Origin: Cyanobacteriota bacterium
Lineage (GTDB): Bacteria; Cyanobacteriota; Cyanobacteriia; Cyanobacteriales; Nostocaceae
NCBI GenBank assembly: GCA_046045965.1
Contig: JBJOKS010000011.1
Coordinates: 1 to 64,000 of the forward strand
Length of the DNA stretch: 64,000 nucleotides
Direction: 5' to 3'
Shown: positions 20,350 through 30,304 of the stretch, piece by piece
Position numbering within the stretch: the stretch's first letter is position 1
How the letters are laid out: each line of letters begins with the position of its first letter
Notes under the pieces: generated by a model
Database searches by the model: none
The model's input: only the letters and a program-made list of their open reading frames with translations
What the model was told of the DNA's origin: nothing
Translations under genes and position numbers: made by a program

Positions 20350-22023
20350 ATGGAAATAACTAATACTATTCATACCCGCAATTTACGAGGTGATATTTTT
20401 GGTGGTGTAACAGCCGCTATCGTCTCTCTACCACTAGCTTTAGCCTTCGGTGTGGCTTCTGGTGCTGGTCCTGTTGCCGGTCTTTATGGTGCTGTGTGTG
20501 TAGGCTTTTTCGCCGCTTTATTTGGTGGTACACCAACTCTAATATCTGAACCTACAGGTCCAATGACTGTAGTCATTACTGGTATTATCAGTTCTTTCAC
20601 AGCAAAAGACCCAGAAAACGGTTTGGCTATGGCTTTTACCGTAGTCATGTTAGCAGGACTGTTTCAAATTATCTTCGGTGTTTTCAAACTAGGAAAATAC
20701 ATCACCCTCATGCCCTACAGTGTAATTTCTGGCTTTATGTCAGGAATTGGGGTGATTTTAATTATTTTGCAAACAGCACCTTTCCTGGGACAGCCAACTC
20801 CCAAAGGTGGCGTTTTAGGAATAGTTCAAAACCTGCCTAATTTATTAGGAAATATTAACCCCATCGCTTTGATTTTGGGGGTGATGACGGTAGCAATTAT
20901 TTACTTAACACCGTCAAAAGTTAAGCGTATTGTTCCGCCTCAATTAATCGCTTTAATTTTAGTAACTGTAGTTTCAATTGTGTTTTTTGGTGATGCCGAT
21001 ATCAAACGTATTGGCGTAATTGAAACTGGTTTACCCAAAATCCAAATGCCAACTTTCACCTTATCAAACCTTACCCTGATGTTAGTTGATGGGGTCATGT
21101 TAGGGATGTTGGGATGTATTGATACCCTATTAACTGCTGTAGTTGCTGATAGCTTAACCCGCACAGAACATAAATCTGATAAAGAATTAATTGGTCAAGG
21201 TATTGCTAACATTGTCTCTGGTTTGTGTGGTGGTTTACCCGGTGCGGGTGCAACAATGGGAACAGTTGTTAATATCCAAACTGGGGCGCAAACTGCGGTA
21301 TCTGGTATTACTCGTGCGTTGGTTTTATTAGTGGTAGTTTTGGGTGCTGCTGGTATAACTAAAGATATTCCAATGGCGGTTTTAGCGGGTATTGCGCTAA
21401 AAGTGGGTATTGACATTCTTGACTGGAGTTTCTTAAAACGTTCTCACAAAGTCTCTCTCAAGGGTTCAATCATCATGTATGGTGTGTTACTCTTGACGGT
21501 ATTTGTGGACTTAATTGTGGCTGTGGGTGTGGGTGTATTTATTGCCAACATCTTAACCATTGAACGTCTTTCTAGCATGAACTCTGAGACTGTTAAAGCT
21601 ATCAGTGATGCGGATGATAACATTGATTTAAGTGCCGAAGAAAAGAGCTTGTTAGATCAAGCAAATGGTCGCATTTTGCTATTCTATTTAAGTGGCGCGA
21701 TGATCTTTGGTGTTTCTAAAGCCATTTCTCGTGAACATAATGCCATTCAAGAGTGTGATGTGATTGTTTTTGACTTAAGTGATGTACCAATGATGGGTGT
21801 GACAGCTTCTTTAACTATTGAAGGTGCAATTAGAGAAGCTTGTGAAAAAGGTCGTCAAGTCATTGTTGTGGGTGCAACAGGTAAGGTTAAGAAACGTTTG
21901 GAAAATTTGGGAGTTGCGAGTTTATTACCTCCTCATCACTGGATGGCAGATAGGAAGGAAGCATTGGAACAAGCCGCAGCTTTAGTTAACAGTTTAGCAG
22001 AGGCAAATGCTCCTGTTGTCTAA
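20350..22023 (+). CDS. bicA: SulP-family bicarbonate transporter BicA
   Basis: GDIFGGVTAAIVSLPLALAFGVASG, SEPTGPM, GAGATMGTVVN and a C-terminal STAS domain. Confidence 0.93.
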   Translation: MEITNTIHTRNLRGDIFGGVTAAIVSLPLALAFGVASGAGPVAGLYGAVCVGFFAALFGGTPTLISEPTGPMTVVITGIISSFTAKDPENGLAMAFTVVMLAGLFQIIFGVFKLGKYITLMPYSVISGFMSGIGVILIILQTAPFLGQPTPKGGVLGIVQNLPNLLGNINPIALILGVMTVAIIYLTPSKVKRIVPPQLIALILVTVVSIVFFGDADIKRIGVIETGLPKIQMPTFTLSNLTLMLVDGVMLGMLGCIDTLLTAVVADSLTRTEHKSDKELIGQGIANIVSGLCGGLPGAGATMGTVVNIQTGAQTAVSGITRALVLLVVVLGAAGITKDIPMAVLAGIALKVGIDILDWSFLKRSHKVSLKGSIIMYGVLLLTVFVDLIVAVGVGVFIANILTIERLSSMNSETVKAISDADDNIDLSAEEKSLLDQANGRILLFYLSGAMIFGVSKAISREHNAIQECDVIVFDLSDVPMMGVTASLTIEGAIREACEKGRQVIVVGATGKVKKRLENLGVASLLPPHHWMADRKEALEQAAALVNSLAEANAPVV

Positions 22024-22174
22024 GAGGATGTTTGAAAAGTATCAGAATTCATGGAGATCCCCCCAACCCCCCTTACAAAGGGGGGCTAAATTCCTCAAAG
22101 TCCCCCTTTTTAAGGGGGATTTAGGGGGATCTGCGGGTGTCAAATCCCACACGAAAAAGTTTTCAAACAACCTC
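22024..22174. mobile_element. 151-bp MITE (IS5/IS1031-type ends) containing a G/C-run palindromic repeat
   Basis: Ends gaggatgtttgaaaag / gttttcaaacaacctc, flanked by TAA on both sides (the left TAA is the bicA stop). Internal cccccctt..aagggggg hairpins. Confidence 0.8.
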
Positions 22175-22319
22175 TAAATTCTCGCATTATCAATCAAAAA
22201 CAATCATCCTCAATTTTGTTATACAAAGTTGGGGTTTATTTATTTTCAAGGAACAAGGAATCAATTTACAGCAACTCAAGCTAAACTAGATACAAATCAG
22301 ATATTGACACTCCCCGGTC

Positions 22320-23410
22320 TAAAGACACGGGGATTCTACATTCATCGTCAAAACTTGCTCAACTAGGTTTGCACTAAGTAGAGTATTAAACTAAGCCGCC
22401 CCGTCGCCAGAGCGACTCGTCTTCAAAACCGGACGTGAGCCTTTCGACTCATCCGGCTCCTCAGTGATTTGGTGCTTGTTTGTGGTTGTTGATGGTACTA
22501 ACTATTCGTTCATAGTGTATCCTTTGCTTTTCCTTGCTTGGGGTGATGATTGTTTTGAACTTTTAGAGCGATACTATCCGCCAGGTTTATCGGGGGTGCT
22601 TGTTGGTCAAATCCCTATTTGCCAACCCCTGATCCTTTGCCTTTTGGCTCCAGCCTATATAGCCTTATTTCGCTGGTTAGTTGTGATGACGGTTCAGACG
22701 TATCTTCGCTTGTGCTACTCATAAGTTCTTGCTCGAAGGAAGCCAGTTTAGGCTACCAGCTTTACCTCCTTTTCATCCCGCTTTAGAGATTGATGGCTAG
22801 TCGCTACCCCAGGGATGATGCTTTCACCGTTGCACCTACGGGGAGGGTCTTCTTTACCTGTTGTACTCTAGGATTTCTAGGTTGAGTCACCCTCATGGTC
22901 ATCCAGTTGTCAAGGTTCGGTTCCGATTATGCGGTTCCATGTTCTTGCCACTCATCCTTGAGTATTTCTACTCATTTCGAGTGAACGATTCGCACAGAGA
23001 TCCCAACTCCTGTAGCGTTACTTTGGGGATGCCCTCCCCTAGCTTTTGCAATATTTAAAATATTAATTGCTGCGTTTGTATCTCTATGTAATTCACATCC
23101 ACAACTGCAATTATGGGTGCGAGTTGATAGAAATTTTTTGACAATTACGCCACAACTAGAACACTTTTGAGAAGTGTAATGTGGAGTAACAGGTATAGCA
23201 ATCTTGTCAAATTTAACCGCAAAATATTCAATCCATTGCCTAAATAAATACCAACTATCATCACTAATTGACTTTGCTAAACAATGGTTTTTTACCATGT
23301 TTGAAACCCTTAAATCTTCATAGGCTACTAAGTCGTTAGACTTGCATACGTTACGCGCTATTCTCTTAGCGTCTTCAATCCGTTGCCTACTTACTTTTAA
23401 GTGTTTTTTG
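22320..23410 (-). pseudogene. tnpB: TnpB C-terminal fragment, interrupted by group II intron
   Basis: VAYEDL, TSQKCSSCG, CSCGCELHRDTNAAINIL. After intron removal the frame continues GVGIS|TLLSANLVEQVLTMNVESPCL*. Confidence 0.88.
22385..22995 (-). ncRNA. ORF-less group II intron (about 611 nt, IIB-like)
   Basis: 5' end GTGCG. Domain V GAGCCGGATGAGTCGAAAGGCTCACGTCCGGTTT. Domain VI hairpin ending ...TTTAAT. No reverse transcriptase ORF. Confidence 0.88.
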
Positions 23411-23771
23411 GTATCACTCTTAAATTACCATTTTGTCTTTATTCCTAAACGTCGGAAAAAAGTCCTAGTAGGTGCTATTGCAGAAAGGTTACAGCAAATT
23501 GTTTGCGAGTTGGTTGTAGAGAATAGGTGGAAAATTATTGCTATGGAGATCATGCCGGATCATGTCCATTTGTTTTTAAATGTCAAGCCGACTGATGATC
23601 CCTCTGGTATCATGAGGAAAATCAAGGGGAGAGCTTCTCATCATCTGGTGAAAAGAATTTCCCGAACTTTTAAAAATACCTACCTTATGGACACCAAGTT
23701 ATTTTGTAAGCACGGCAGGGAATATTTGCACGGAAACCGTGAAAAAATATATTGAAGAGCAACGCAATTAA
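23411..23771 (+). pseudogene. tnpA: IS200-type Y1 transposase TnpA (5'-truncated, frameshifted)
   Basis: NYHFVFIPKRRK and HUH motif PDHVHLF. Frameshift near 23650, then LWTPSYFVSTAG..VKKYIEEQ. Confidence 0.88.
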
Positions 23772-24004
23772 CGTCAATGCAGGATAAAGGAAAGCAACTA
23801 ACCTTCATCCCTTGTCTAAAGCCCAGATGTGGCTTCCTGAGTCAACCACATCTTCAAGGGTTTTCGGCATTTCTCTTATAAAATACTTTCAAACCTGTCG
23901 CTTGTTATCTTTTATTATAGCCTCACCAAGCTTTGAGAGTACAATTCAAGCAAGGTCGAAAGACATGGAGAATCCTTACATTTTAACTACAAAAGGTACG
24001 CCCC

Positions 24005-24880
24005 ATGAATCCCCGCGCACTGCTGTTAGTAAATCGTCATGCTCGCCAAGGACAACAACGGTTATTGGAGGCTATTCATTGTCTGGAGACACTTGGTTTT
24101 TATCTGATTCAAGAGTCTACAGAAAATCCCAAACATTTAGGTGATGTGATCCGTCGCTACCAAAAAGAAATTGATTTGGTGATTGTTGGTGGTGGTGATG
24201 GTACTCTTAATGCTGCTGTAGATGCTATAGTTGATACTCAGTTACCTTTGGGTATTTTACCTTTGGGAACTGCTAATGATTTAGCAAGAACTTTGGGTAT
24301 TCCTAACTCTTTACCGGAAGCTTGTCAAATTATTTCGGCGGGAAATTTACGACGCATTGATTTAGGCTGGGTAAATGGTAAGTATTTTTTTAATGTTGCC
24401 AGTTTGGGATTAAGTGTAAATATTACTCAACAATTAACCAGAGAAGTAAAACGCCGTTGGGGAATATTTGCTTACGCAGCTACCGCATTACAAGTAATTT
24501 GGAAATCTCGTCCTTTTCGTGCAGAAATTCGTACCAAAGACCAATCATTCCGTGTTAAAACTGTACAAATTGCTGTAGGAAATGGGCGCTATTATGGCGG
24601 TGGCATGGCTGTATTTCATGATGCTACAATAGATGATCAAAGGCTGGATCTTTATAGTCTAGAAATTAGTCATTGGTGGCAAATCATACCTTTACTTCCA
24701 GCCATGCGCCAAGGCAGACATATACATTGGCGTGGTGTTCGCGCTATCCAGGGTCAGGAACTTGAGGTTTATACCCGTAAACCCTATCCTATTAATACAG
24801 ATGGAGAAATCACTACTTGTACTCCGGCTGTGTTCCGTGTCATGCCCAGGGCTATAGGTGTTTTAGTGCCACCAGTATAA
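24005..24880 (+). CDS. YegS/DAGK-family lipid kinase
   Basis: GGGDGT, PLGTANDLAR, GNGRYYGGG and NTDGE. Confidence 0.92.
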   Translation: MNPRALLLVNRHARQGQQRLLEAIHCLETLGFYLIQESTENPKHLGDVIRRYQKEIDLVIVGGGDGTLNAAVDAIVDTQLPLGILPLGTANDLARTLGIPNSLPEACQIISAGNLRRIDLGWVNGKYFFNVASLGLSVNITQQLTREVKRRWGIFAYAATALQVIWKSRPFRAEIRTKDQSFRVKTVQIAVGNGRYYGGGMAVFHDATIDDQRLDLYSLEISHWWQIIPLLPAMRQGRHIHWRGVRAIQGQELEVYTRKPYPINTDGEITTCTPAVFRVMPRAIGVLVPPV

Positions 24881-24910
24881 TGTTGTAAAGTGGCAATTTC
24901 ATAAAATCCC

Positions 24911-25507
24911 ATGAAAATACATTTAAGATTTTCTCAACAGATTAAGTCTTTAGTGGAACGTTTAACTGAACAACCCCTAACTCTCGGTGATGTTCTGGCG
25001 GAAACTTCAGAAAGGGGTTTTAGTTTGGTAATTGCATTATTAGTTTTACCGTTTTTGTTCCCCATGCCACCAGGGTTAACGGGTCCTTTTGGGGCTGCTT
25101 GTTTACTTTTGTCTTTGCAGATGCTGTTCGGCAGGCGATCGCCTTGGCTACCTAAAAAAATCGCTACTTATCAATTTCCCCGCCCCTTTGCTCAGATCAT
25201 CCTGCAAAACCTGCGTCGAGTCACCAGGTTATTGGAAAAAATTACCCGTCCCCGCTTGACGAAAATAGCTTCTCATGGTCTTACTTGGCGATGCAATGGG
25301 CTTTGTATCTCTTGGTTGACAATATTACTAATTTCACCAATTCCCTTTACCAATCCTATCCCCACCATCGGTATTTTACTTTTTGCTGCTGCCAGCATTG
25401 AATCTGATGGCTTGTTAATATGCCTTTGCTATGTAATTACAGCCTTGATTACCCTCTTATTTGCGTTTATTGGTTATGCAGTCTGGTTAGCTCCTAATTT
25501 ACTGTGA
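24911..25507 (+). CDS. exoD: Exopolysaccharide biosynthesis protein ExoD family
   Basis: TLGDVL...ERGF...LPFLFPMPPG...PWLP...PIPFTN..P...E.DG. Confidence 0.85.
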   Translation: MKIHLRFSQQIKSLVERLTEQPLTLGDVLAETSERGFSLVIALLVLPFLFPMPPGLTGPFGAACLLLSLQMLFGRRSPWLPKKIATYQFPRPFAQIILQNLRRVTRLLEKITRPRLTKIASHGLTWRCNGLCISWLTILLISPIPFTNPIPTIGILLFAAASIESDGLLICLCYVITALITLLFAFIGYAVWLAPNLL

Positions 25508-25704
25508 TCATTGAGAATTTCCAGAAATCTAAAATTTTTCGGAAAAATATACCATTCCTATGGGGCATCCGCTATAATGAAATACCCAGCCTAAAAAAGC
25601 TGATCAAAATGAGTGATTCGTCCGAATTCTCACTCAATCAGCATTTATGCCGGAAAGTGCGTCAATCACAAAAATACACGATCAAGCAATTAAAGCTTGC
25701 TAAA

Positions 25705-25759
25705 ATAAAACCCCCAGCCAAGGGCTGAGGGTAATGATCTAAATTAAGGTGCATCTACT
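25705..25759 (-). ncRNA. nsiR1: NsiR1-like heterocyst sRNA with DIF1 promoter
   Basis: Minus strand GTAGATGCACCTT... followed by a terminator hairpin with U-tract. TCCGGA (25791-25796) is centred about 35 nt upstream. Confidence 0.75.
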
Positions 25760-25847
25760 ATTTTTCTTATCCGTTGGAATTCTGACTTGATCCGGAAACT
25801 TTCGGTTATGCAAATATTTTTTGTATATAATCGAAAAATGTTTTAGT

Positions 25848-25898
25848 GAAACCCCCAGTTCCACCTGAGGGTAGTTAATCAATTAAGGTTTATATATT
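25848..25898 (-). repeat. Degenerate second NsiR1-like copy
   Basis: Shares accttaatt...accctcag...ctgggggttt with the first copy, 139 bp away. The 5' GTAGATGC is lost. Confidence 0.55.
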
Positions 25899-26044
25899 TC
25901 CGCCTGTGTGTCTACTAAATCAGGAAGAAATTAGTAAAAAGCGATCGCTATTTTTTGGAAATCAACTCCAAGTCACTAGCTATGCTGTAGAGACGTTCCC
26001 CTAGAACGGCTGTATTTTTGCGGGTATTATTTACAACCAATCAG

Positions 26045-26905
26045 CTACTTTTCCAGTCTCTGCTTCTTTAGCTGACTAGATGCAAAAATTCCATGTCTAG
26101 GACTAAACAACAAAGCTAAGACAAATAAACCCGATACTACCAATACAATCGCCGGACCAGAAGGTAAATTATAAAAGTAGCTGAGATACATTCCACTAAT
26201 ACTAGAAATTACACCAATTACCGCTCCTAAAATCATCACTTCATGTAGGCGTTTTACTAATAAAAATGCAGTTGCTCCGGGAGTAATTAACAGTGATAAT
26301 ACTAAAATCACGCCTACAGCTTTCATGCTGGCAACAATTGTTAAAGAAATCAACAACATTAAGCCAAAGTTTAACCGATTAACTGGTAAACCTGCTGCTT
26401 GTGCGCCTAATGGATCAAAGGTGTAAAATAACAGTTCCTTGTATAATAAAAAAACAATTATTAAAACTATAGCAGCAATGATCGCCGTGTCTCGCACTTC
26501 GTCAGCAGTTACTCCGAGAATGTTACCAAATAGAAAGTGATTAAGATCGATTTTGTTATCTTTTTGAATAACTGTAATTAAGGTAACACCAAGAGCAAAA
26601 AAAGCTGAGAATACTATCCCCATTGCTGCATCTTCTTTGATGGGGGAACGGGTTTTTATAAATGCTATGGCTATGGTACTCAAAATACCAGCAATGAAAG
26701 CCCCAACAAATATATTAGCACCAATCATGAAGGCGATCGCCAGTCCTGGTAATACGGAATGGCTGATAGCGTCACCTAGTAATGCTAGTCTTTGTACCAT
26801 TAAGTAACTACCAACGATGGCACATAATAACCCTACTAATATGGCGATAATTAATGAACGTTGCATGAAGCCATATTGCAATGGTTCAATTAGTTGATTA
26901 AGCAT
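26045..26905 (-). CDS. mntB: Mn/Zn ABC transporter permease
   Basis: LLGDAISHSVLPG, EDAAMGI, HFLFGNIL and VGVILV. Probable start MLNQLIEP. Confidence 0.9.
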   Translation of the reverse strand: MLNQLIEPLQYGFMQRSLIIAILVGLLCAIVGSYLMVQRLALLGDAISHSVLPGLAIAFMIGANIFVGAFIAGILSTIAIAFIKTRSPIKEDAAMGIVFSAFFALGVTLITVIQKDNKIDLNHFLFGNILGVTADEVRDTAIIAAIVLIIVFLLYKELLFYTFDPLGAQAAGLPVNRLNFGLMLLISLTIVASMKAVGVILVLSLLITPGATAFLLVKRLHEVMILGAVIGVISSISGMYLSYFYNLPSGPAIVLVVSGLFVLALLFSPRHGIFASSQLKKQRLEK

Positions 26906-27100
26906 ATATGAAAATGAACCACGAAGACGCGTTCGCGAAGCGTTCCGAAGGAATAGTACACGAAGAAAGAAGAGGAAGAGTATAGATGAAATAATTACAG
27001 TATATTGCAGGTAAATGAAGTACAAAATCTAATCCAAAAACCAAGGATCAAGCAGGTTTTACTCCTGACTCCTGACTCCTGACTCCTAAATTCTGCTTTA

Positions 27101-27928
27101 TTATGCGGCATCGGTGAAATACATTACTTTTCCGCTGTAAGCACGATGGAGGTTTTCTTCTGTGAGAACTTGTTGACGGGAACCTGTGGCGATGAGTTCA
27201 CAATTAAGTAAAATTAAATCATCAAAATGGGTGATTGATTGGCCTAAATCGTGGTTTACTACTAATACGATTTTTTGATCTGCGGCTAGTTGCTGGAATA
27301 CTTCAAAAATTATGGTTTGGGTTTTTTGATCTATTCCTACAAAGGGTTCGTCAAAACAGAAAATGTCTGCTTGTTGGGTTAACGCACGGGCTAAAAATAC
27401 TCTCTGTTGTTGTCCTCCAGAAAGTTCTCCTATGGGGCGATCGCTATATTCTCTCATTCCTACCTGTTCTAAGGCTGCTTTTGCTATTTGGCGGCTAACT
27501 GTGGAGAAACTACGCAACCAACCTGTTTTTTTGACACGTCCCATCATCACTACATCCCACACTGTAGCCGGGTAATTCCAGTCAATTTGGCTTCTTTGTG
27601 GTACATAGGCGACTTTTTCTAGTTGCTGCATCAAAGGTTTATTTTCGTATAAAACATTACCACTATTCATGGGAACTAATCCCAAAATGGCTTTCATTAA
27701 TGTACTTTTACCAGCGCCGTTGGGTCCAAAAATTCCTGTGAGTCTTCCTGGTTTGATAATGCAGTTAACATCTCTCAAAGCTTCTTGTGTGCGGTACTGT
27801 ACCCCTAAATGGGAGATGTTTATGGCTGCTGAAGAATTCATATCAATAGATTTTCTGGTTTGTACAGGTGTCTCCTGTTCATGTCTCCGTAAAGGGCTTA
27901 ATTTTTGGTAAAAAGAAATGTTTTGCAT
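27101..27928 (-). CDS. mntA: Mn/Zn ABC transporter ATP-binding protein
   Basis: GPNGAGKST, YVPQR, LSGGQQQR and DEPF. Confidence 0.9.
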   Translation of the reverse strand: MQNISFYQKLSPLRRHEQETPVQTRKSIDMNSSAAINISHLGVQYRTQEALRDVNCIIKPGRLTGIFGPNGAGKSTLMKAILGLVPMNSGNVLYENKPLMQQLEKVAYVPQRSQIDWNYPATVWDVVMMGRVKKTGWLRSFSTVSRQIAKAALEQVGMREYSDRPIGELSGGQQQRVFLARALTQQADIFCFDEPFVGIDQKTQTIIFEVFQQLAADQKIVLVVNHDLGQSITHFDDLILLNCELIATGSRQQVLTEENLHRAYSGKVMYFTDAA

Positions 27929-28018
27929 ATCCGTAGTTTAAATATTCATTCTTTGAGCTTACTATAAAAATGAGAAAAATATGAAAAAATCTATAATTAG
28001 AAGTAATTGGTCGGATAA

Positions 28019-29005
28019 ATGAAAATCATACTTGGGATGGACTGTAGGACTGTGTTGAAGAAAACCAAGATTTCTCCGTTGTGTCTGGGAATTTTACTAC
28101 TTTTGTCTTTATTCGGTTGTACTCCTTCAGAGTCTCAACAGTCAGAAGATGGTAAGCCGCAAGTTGTAGCAACTAGCACTATTATTGCTGATTTAGCGGA
28201 GGAGGTTGGAGGAGAGGAAATAAATTTAACTGGTATTCTCCAACCTGGTGCAGATCCTCATGTTTATGAACCTGTACCCGCAGATAGTCGAGTTTTGGAA
28301 ACAGCAGACTTAATTTTATATAACGGTTATAACTTGGAACCGGGAATTATTAAGTTAATGAATGCTAGTGGAGGGAAAGCTAAAAAGTTAGCAGTGGGAG
28401 AAGTTGTCAAACCTTTAAAGTTAGAAAAAAGTAAAGGTCAAATTGTCCCAGATCCTCATGTTTGGGGAAGTGCAGAAAATGCTATTTCTATGGTAAATGC
28501 AATTAGAGATTCCTTAATTGATTTATCACCAGAAGACAAAGAAAAATTTACTCAAAACGCAGCAGAACTGACAAAGGAATTACAACAATTAAATAGCTGG
28601 ATTAAACAGCAAATTCAAACTATTCCTCCAGAAAAACGCAAACTGATTACTACCCATGATGCTTTTCAATATTATGCTAACACTTATGGAATGGAAATTG
28701 TGGGGACTTTAATTGGGATTAGCACTGAAGAAAAACCAAGCGCCAAAACTGTGAAAGAATTAGTTGATGCAATTAAAAAAATAGGGATTCCGGCAATTTT
28801 TGCGGAAACTACAATTAACCCGACTTTAATTAAAACTGTCGCCGAAGATGCAGGGGTAAAACTCTCACAAAATCCACTTTACTCTGATTCTATCGGTGCA
28901 AAGGGAAGCGATGGAGATACTTACATAAAAATGATGGCAGCCAATACTCGCACTATTGTTGAAGCTTTGGGAGGAAAATATACACCTTTTCAACCTCAGC
29001 AGTAA
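28019..29005 (+). CDS. mntC: Mn/Zn ABC transporter substrate-binding lipoprotein
   Basis: Lipobox LFGC, DPHVYEP, DPHVW, HDAF and SDS motifs. Confidence 0.9.
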   Translation: MKIILGMDCRTVLKKTKISPLCLGILLLLSLFGCTPSESQQSEDGKPQVVATSTIIADLAEEVGGEEINLTGILQPGADPHVYEPVPADSRVLETADLILYNGYNLEPGIIKLMNASGGKAKKLAVGEVVKPLKLEKSKGQIVPDPHVWGSAENAISMVNAIRDSLIDLSPEDKEKFTQNAAELTKELQQLNSWIKQQIQTIPPEKRKLITTHDAFQYYANTYGMEIVGTLIGISTEEKPSAKTVKELVDAIKKIGIPAIFAETTINPTLIKTVAEDAGVKLSQNPLYSDSIGAKGSDGDTYIKMMAANTRTIVEALGGKYTPFQPQQ

Positions 29006-29097
29006 ATTTCATCCTTAAACTCTCTCTGAGGAAAGAGCTACTTACGCCTTTGATTATCTAGATTGATATTAGTAATACCAAGTTTTTTATTTGGGAT

Positions 29098-29436
29098 ATG
29101 ATCATGACTAATAATCATCAAGATAATCAAATTCGTCAACCAGTTAGTAAAGATAGCTTTTCTCAAGAAGAACCAAATGTTAAAGAAAGGAATTTAACCG
29201 CTAATCCTGGTGATAGAATTGCTGATGAACCGCAATCAATTGAAGAAAAAGCTCAACAGGTTGCTGTGGATGTTCCTGATATTACAGGTGATCAAATTAC
29301 GGTTCCCACTTATTTTGTAGTGGAAACTCCTGATGGTGAGAAAAAAGCACTTCATCATGTCAAAGATGCGGAAGAGATTTCTGATGTGATTCGTCAAGCA
29401 CGAGTGAATGAGGAAGGTGAACGCATTTGGTGGTAA
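29098..29436 (+). CDS. Hypothetical protein
   Basis: 112-aa ORF with plausible composition. Confidence 0.65.
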   Translation: MIMTNNHQDNQIRQPVSKDSFSQEEPNVKERNLTANPGDRIADEPQSIEEKAQQVAVDVPDITGDQITVPTYFVVETPDGEKKALHHVKDAEEISDVIRQARVNEEGERIWW

Positions 29437-29847
29437 AGCAGCGTTTACTACAAAAAGTAAGTTCGTGACAAGTCCAGCTTCATCAAATTACGAATTAATT
29501 AGATTTTTGCGTTAAAAAACAACTACGTCACAGCTTACTTAGACCTGATTTGTCTACAATTGGCTGTATGTGGGCTGATCCTCCTTCAAATAGGTACTTA
29601 ATGGTAAATTCCTAAGCTTTTAATGCTATTTAAAATGAAATAGCTACTTAACTAGCTTAAGTGTTAACTCGTAAGTGATTGAGTTTAGCAGCAATTAGAT
29701 GGGTTTTGAGCAGTTATTTACTAGTTTGAAAAGATCATGATTGCGTTTTTTGTTTGACATATGAGAATTTCGCATTTACAATTTTGATGACCTTATTTTT
29801 GATGTTTCAGTGATTATGCTTAATAATAATCTCCATGAAAATCAAAA

Positions 29848-30219
29848 TTGATTGTGAATTGGCTGATATGCTTCAAAGTTATAGCTATGTTATTAAACAA
29901 AAATCGTCAAGAAATGCACAAAAATAGCCAAAAATATCAAATAAATAACCCAAGAGGTTTGTGGACTGTCCGCCATATTCTTATAACCGTATTTATACTG
30001 AGCTTACCCTTTAATACTTTTGCTATACTGCGTTTAATATCATTTATATCCAATCCCCATTCCACAATTAATCTGGAAACTTCTTCCAAAATTAATCTAG
30101 AAACCTTCTACCATCCTGCATCGATTCCCTGGATTGACAATTTATTATCCTGTGAAAATTCTGGTAGAATTTGGGAAAATGATAAATGCTGGGATAGTGA
30201 ACACAGTGCGATGTTCTAA
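29848..30219 (+). CDS. Hypothetical membrane-anchored protein with C-terminal C..GR.W...CWD..H motif
   Basis: One hydrophobic stretch. Start uncertain. Confidence 0.55.
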   Translation: MIVNWLICFKVIAMLLNKNRQEMHKNSQKYQINNPRGLWTVRHILITVFILSLPFNTFAILRLISFISNPHSTINLETSSKINLETFYHPASIPWIDNLLSCENSGRIWENDKCWDSEHSAMF

Positions 30220-30304
30220 ATGCAAATTTTTCCAGGTGATCCCAAAAGTCAAAAACCGCAAATTTTCGATATAAATAGATATGTAATCTATTGTTTCTGT
30301 CACC

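Larger units (their letters stand above)
22304..23840. mobile_element. Decayed IS200/IS605-family element (divergent tnpA/tnpB, internal deletion)
   Basis: Minus-strand right end gaatccccgtgtctttagaccggggagtgTCAA. tnpB 3' part and tnpA 3' part are fused back-to-back at about 23410. Left boundary is approximate. Confidence 0.85.

Noticed and set aside
22464..23058. Short plus-strand ORFs (86 aa and 65 aa)
   Set aside because: They are antisense to the group II intron RNA and have no protein motifs.
23342..23755. Intact 137-aa TnpA
   Set aside because: The N-terminus is antisense tnpB sequence and the C-terminus is out of frame after about 23650.
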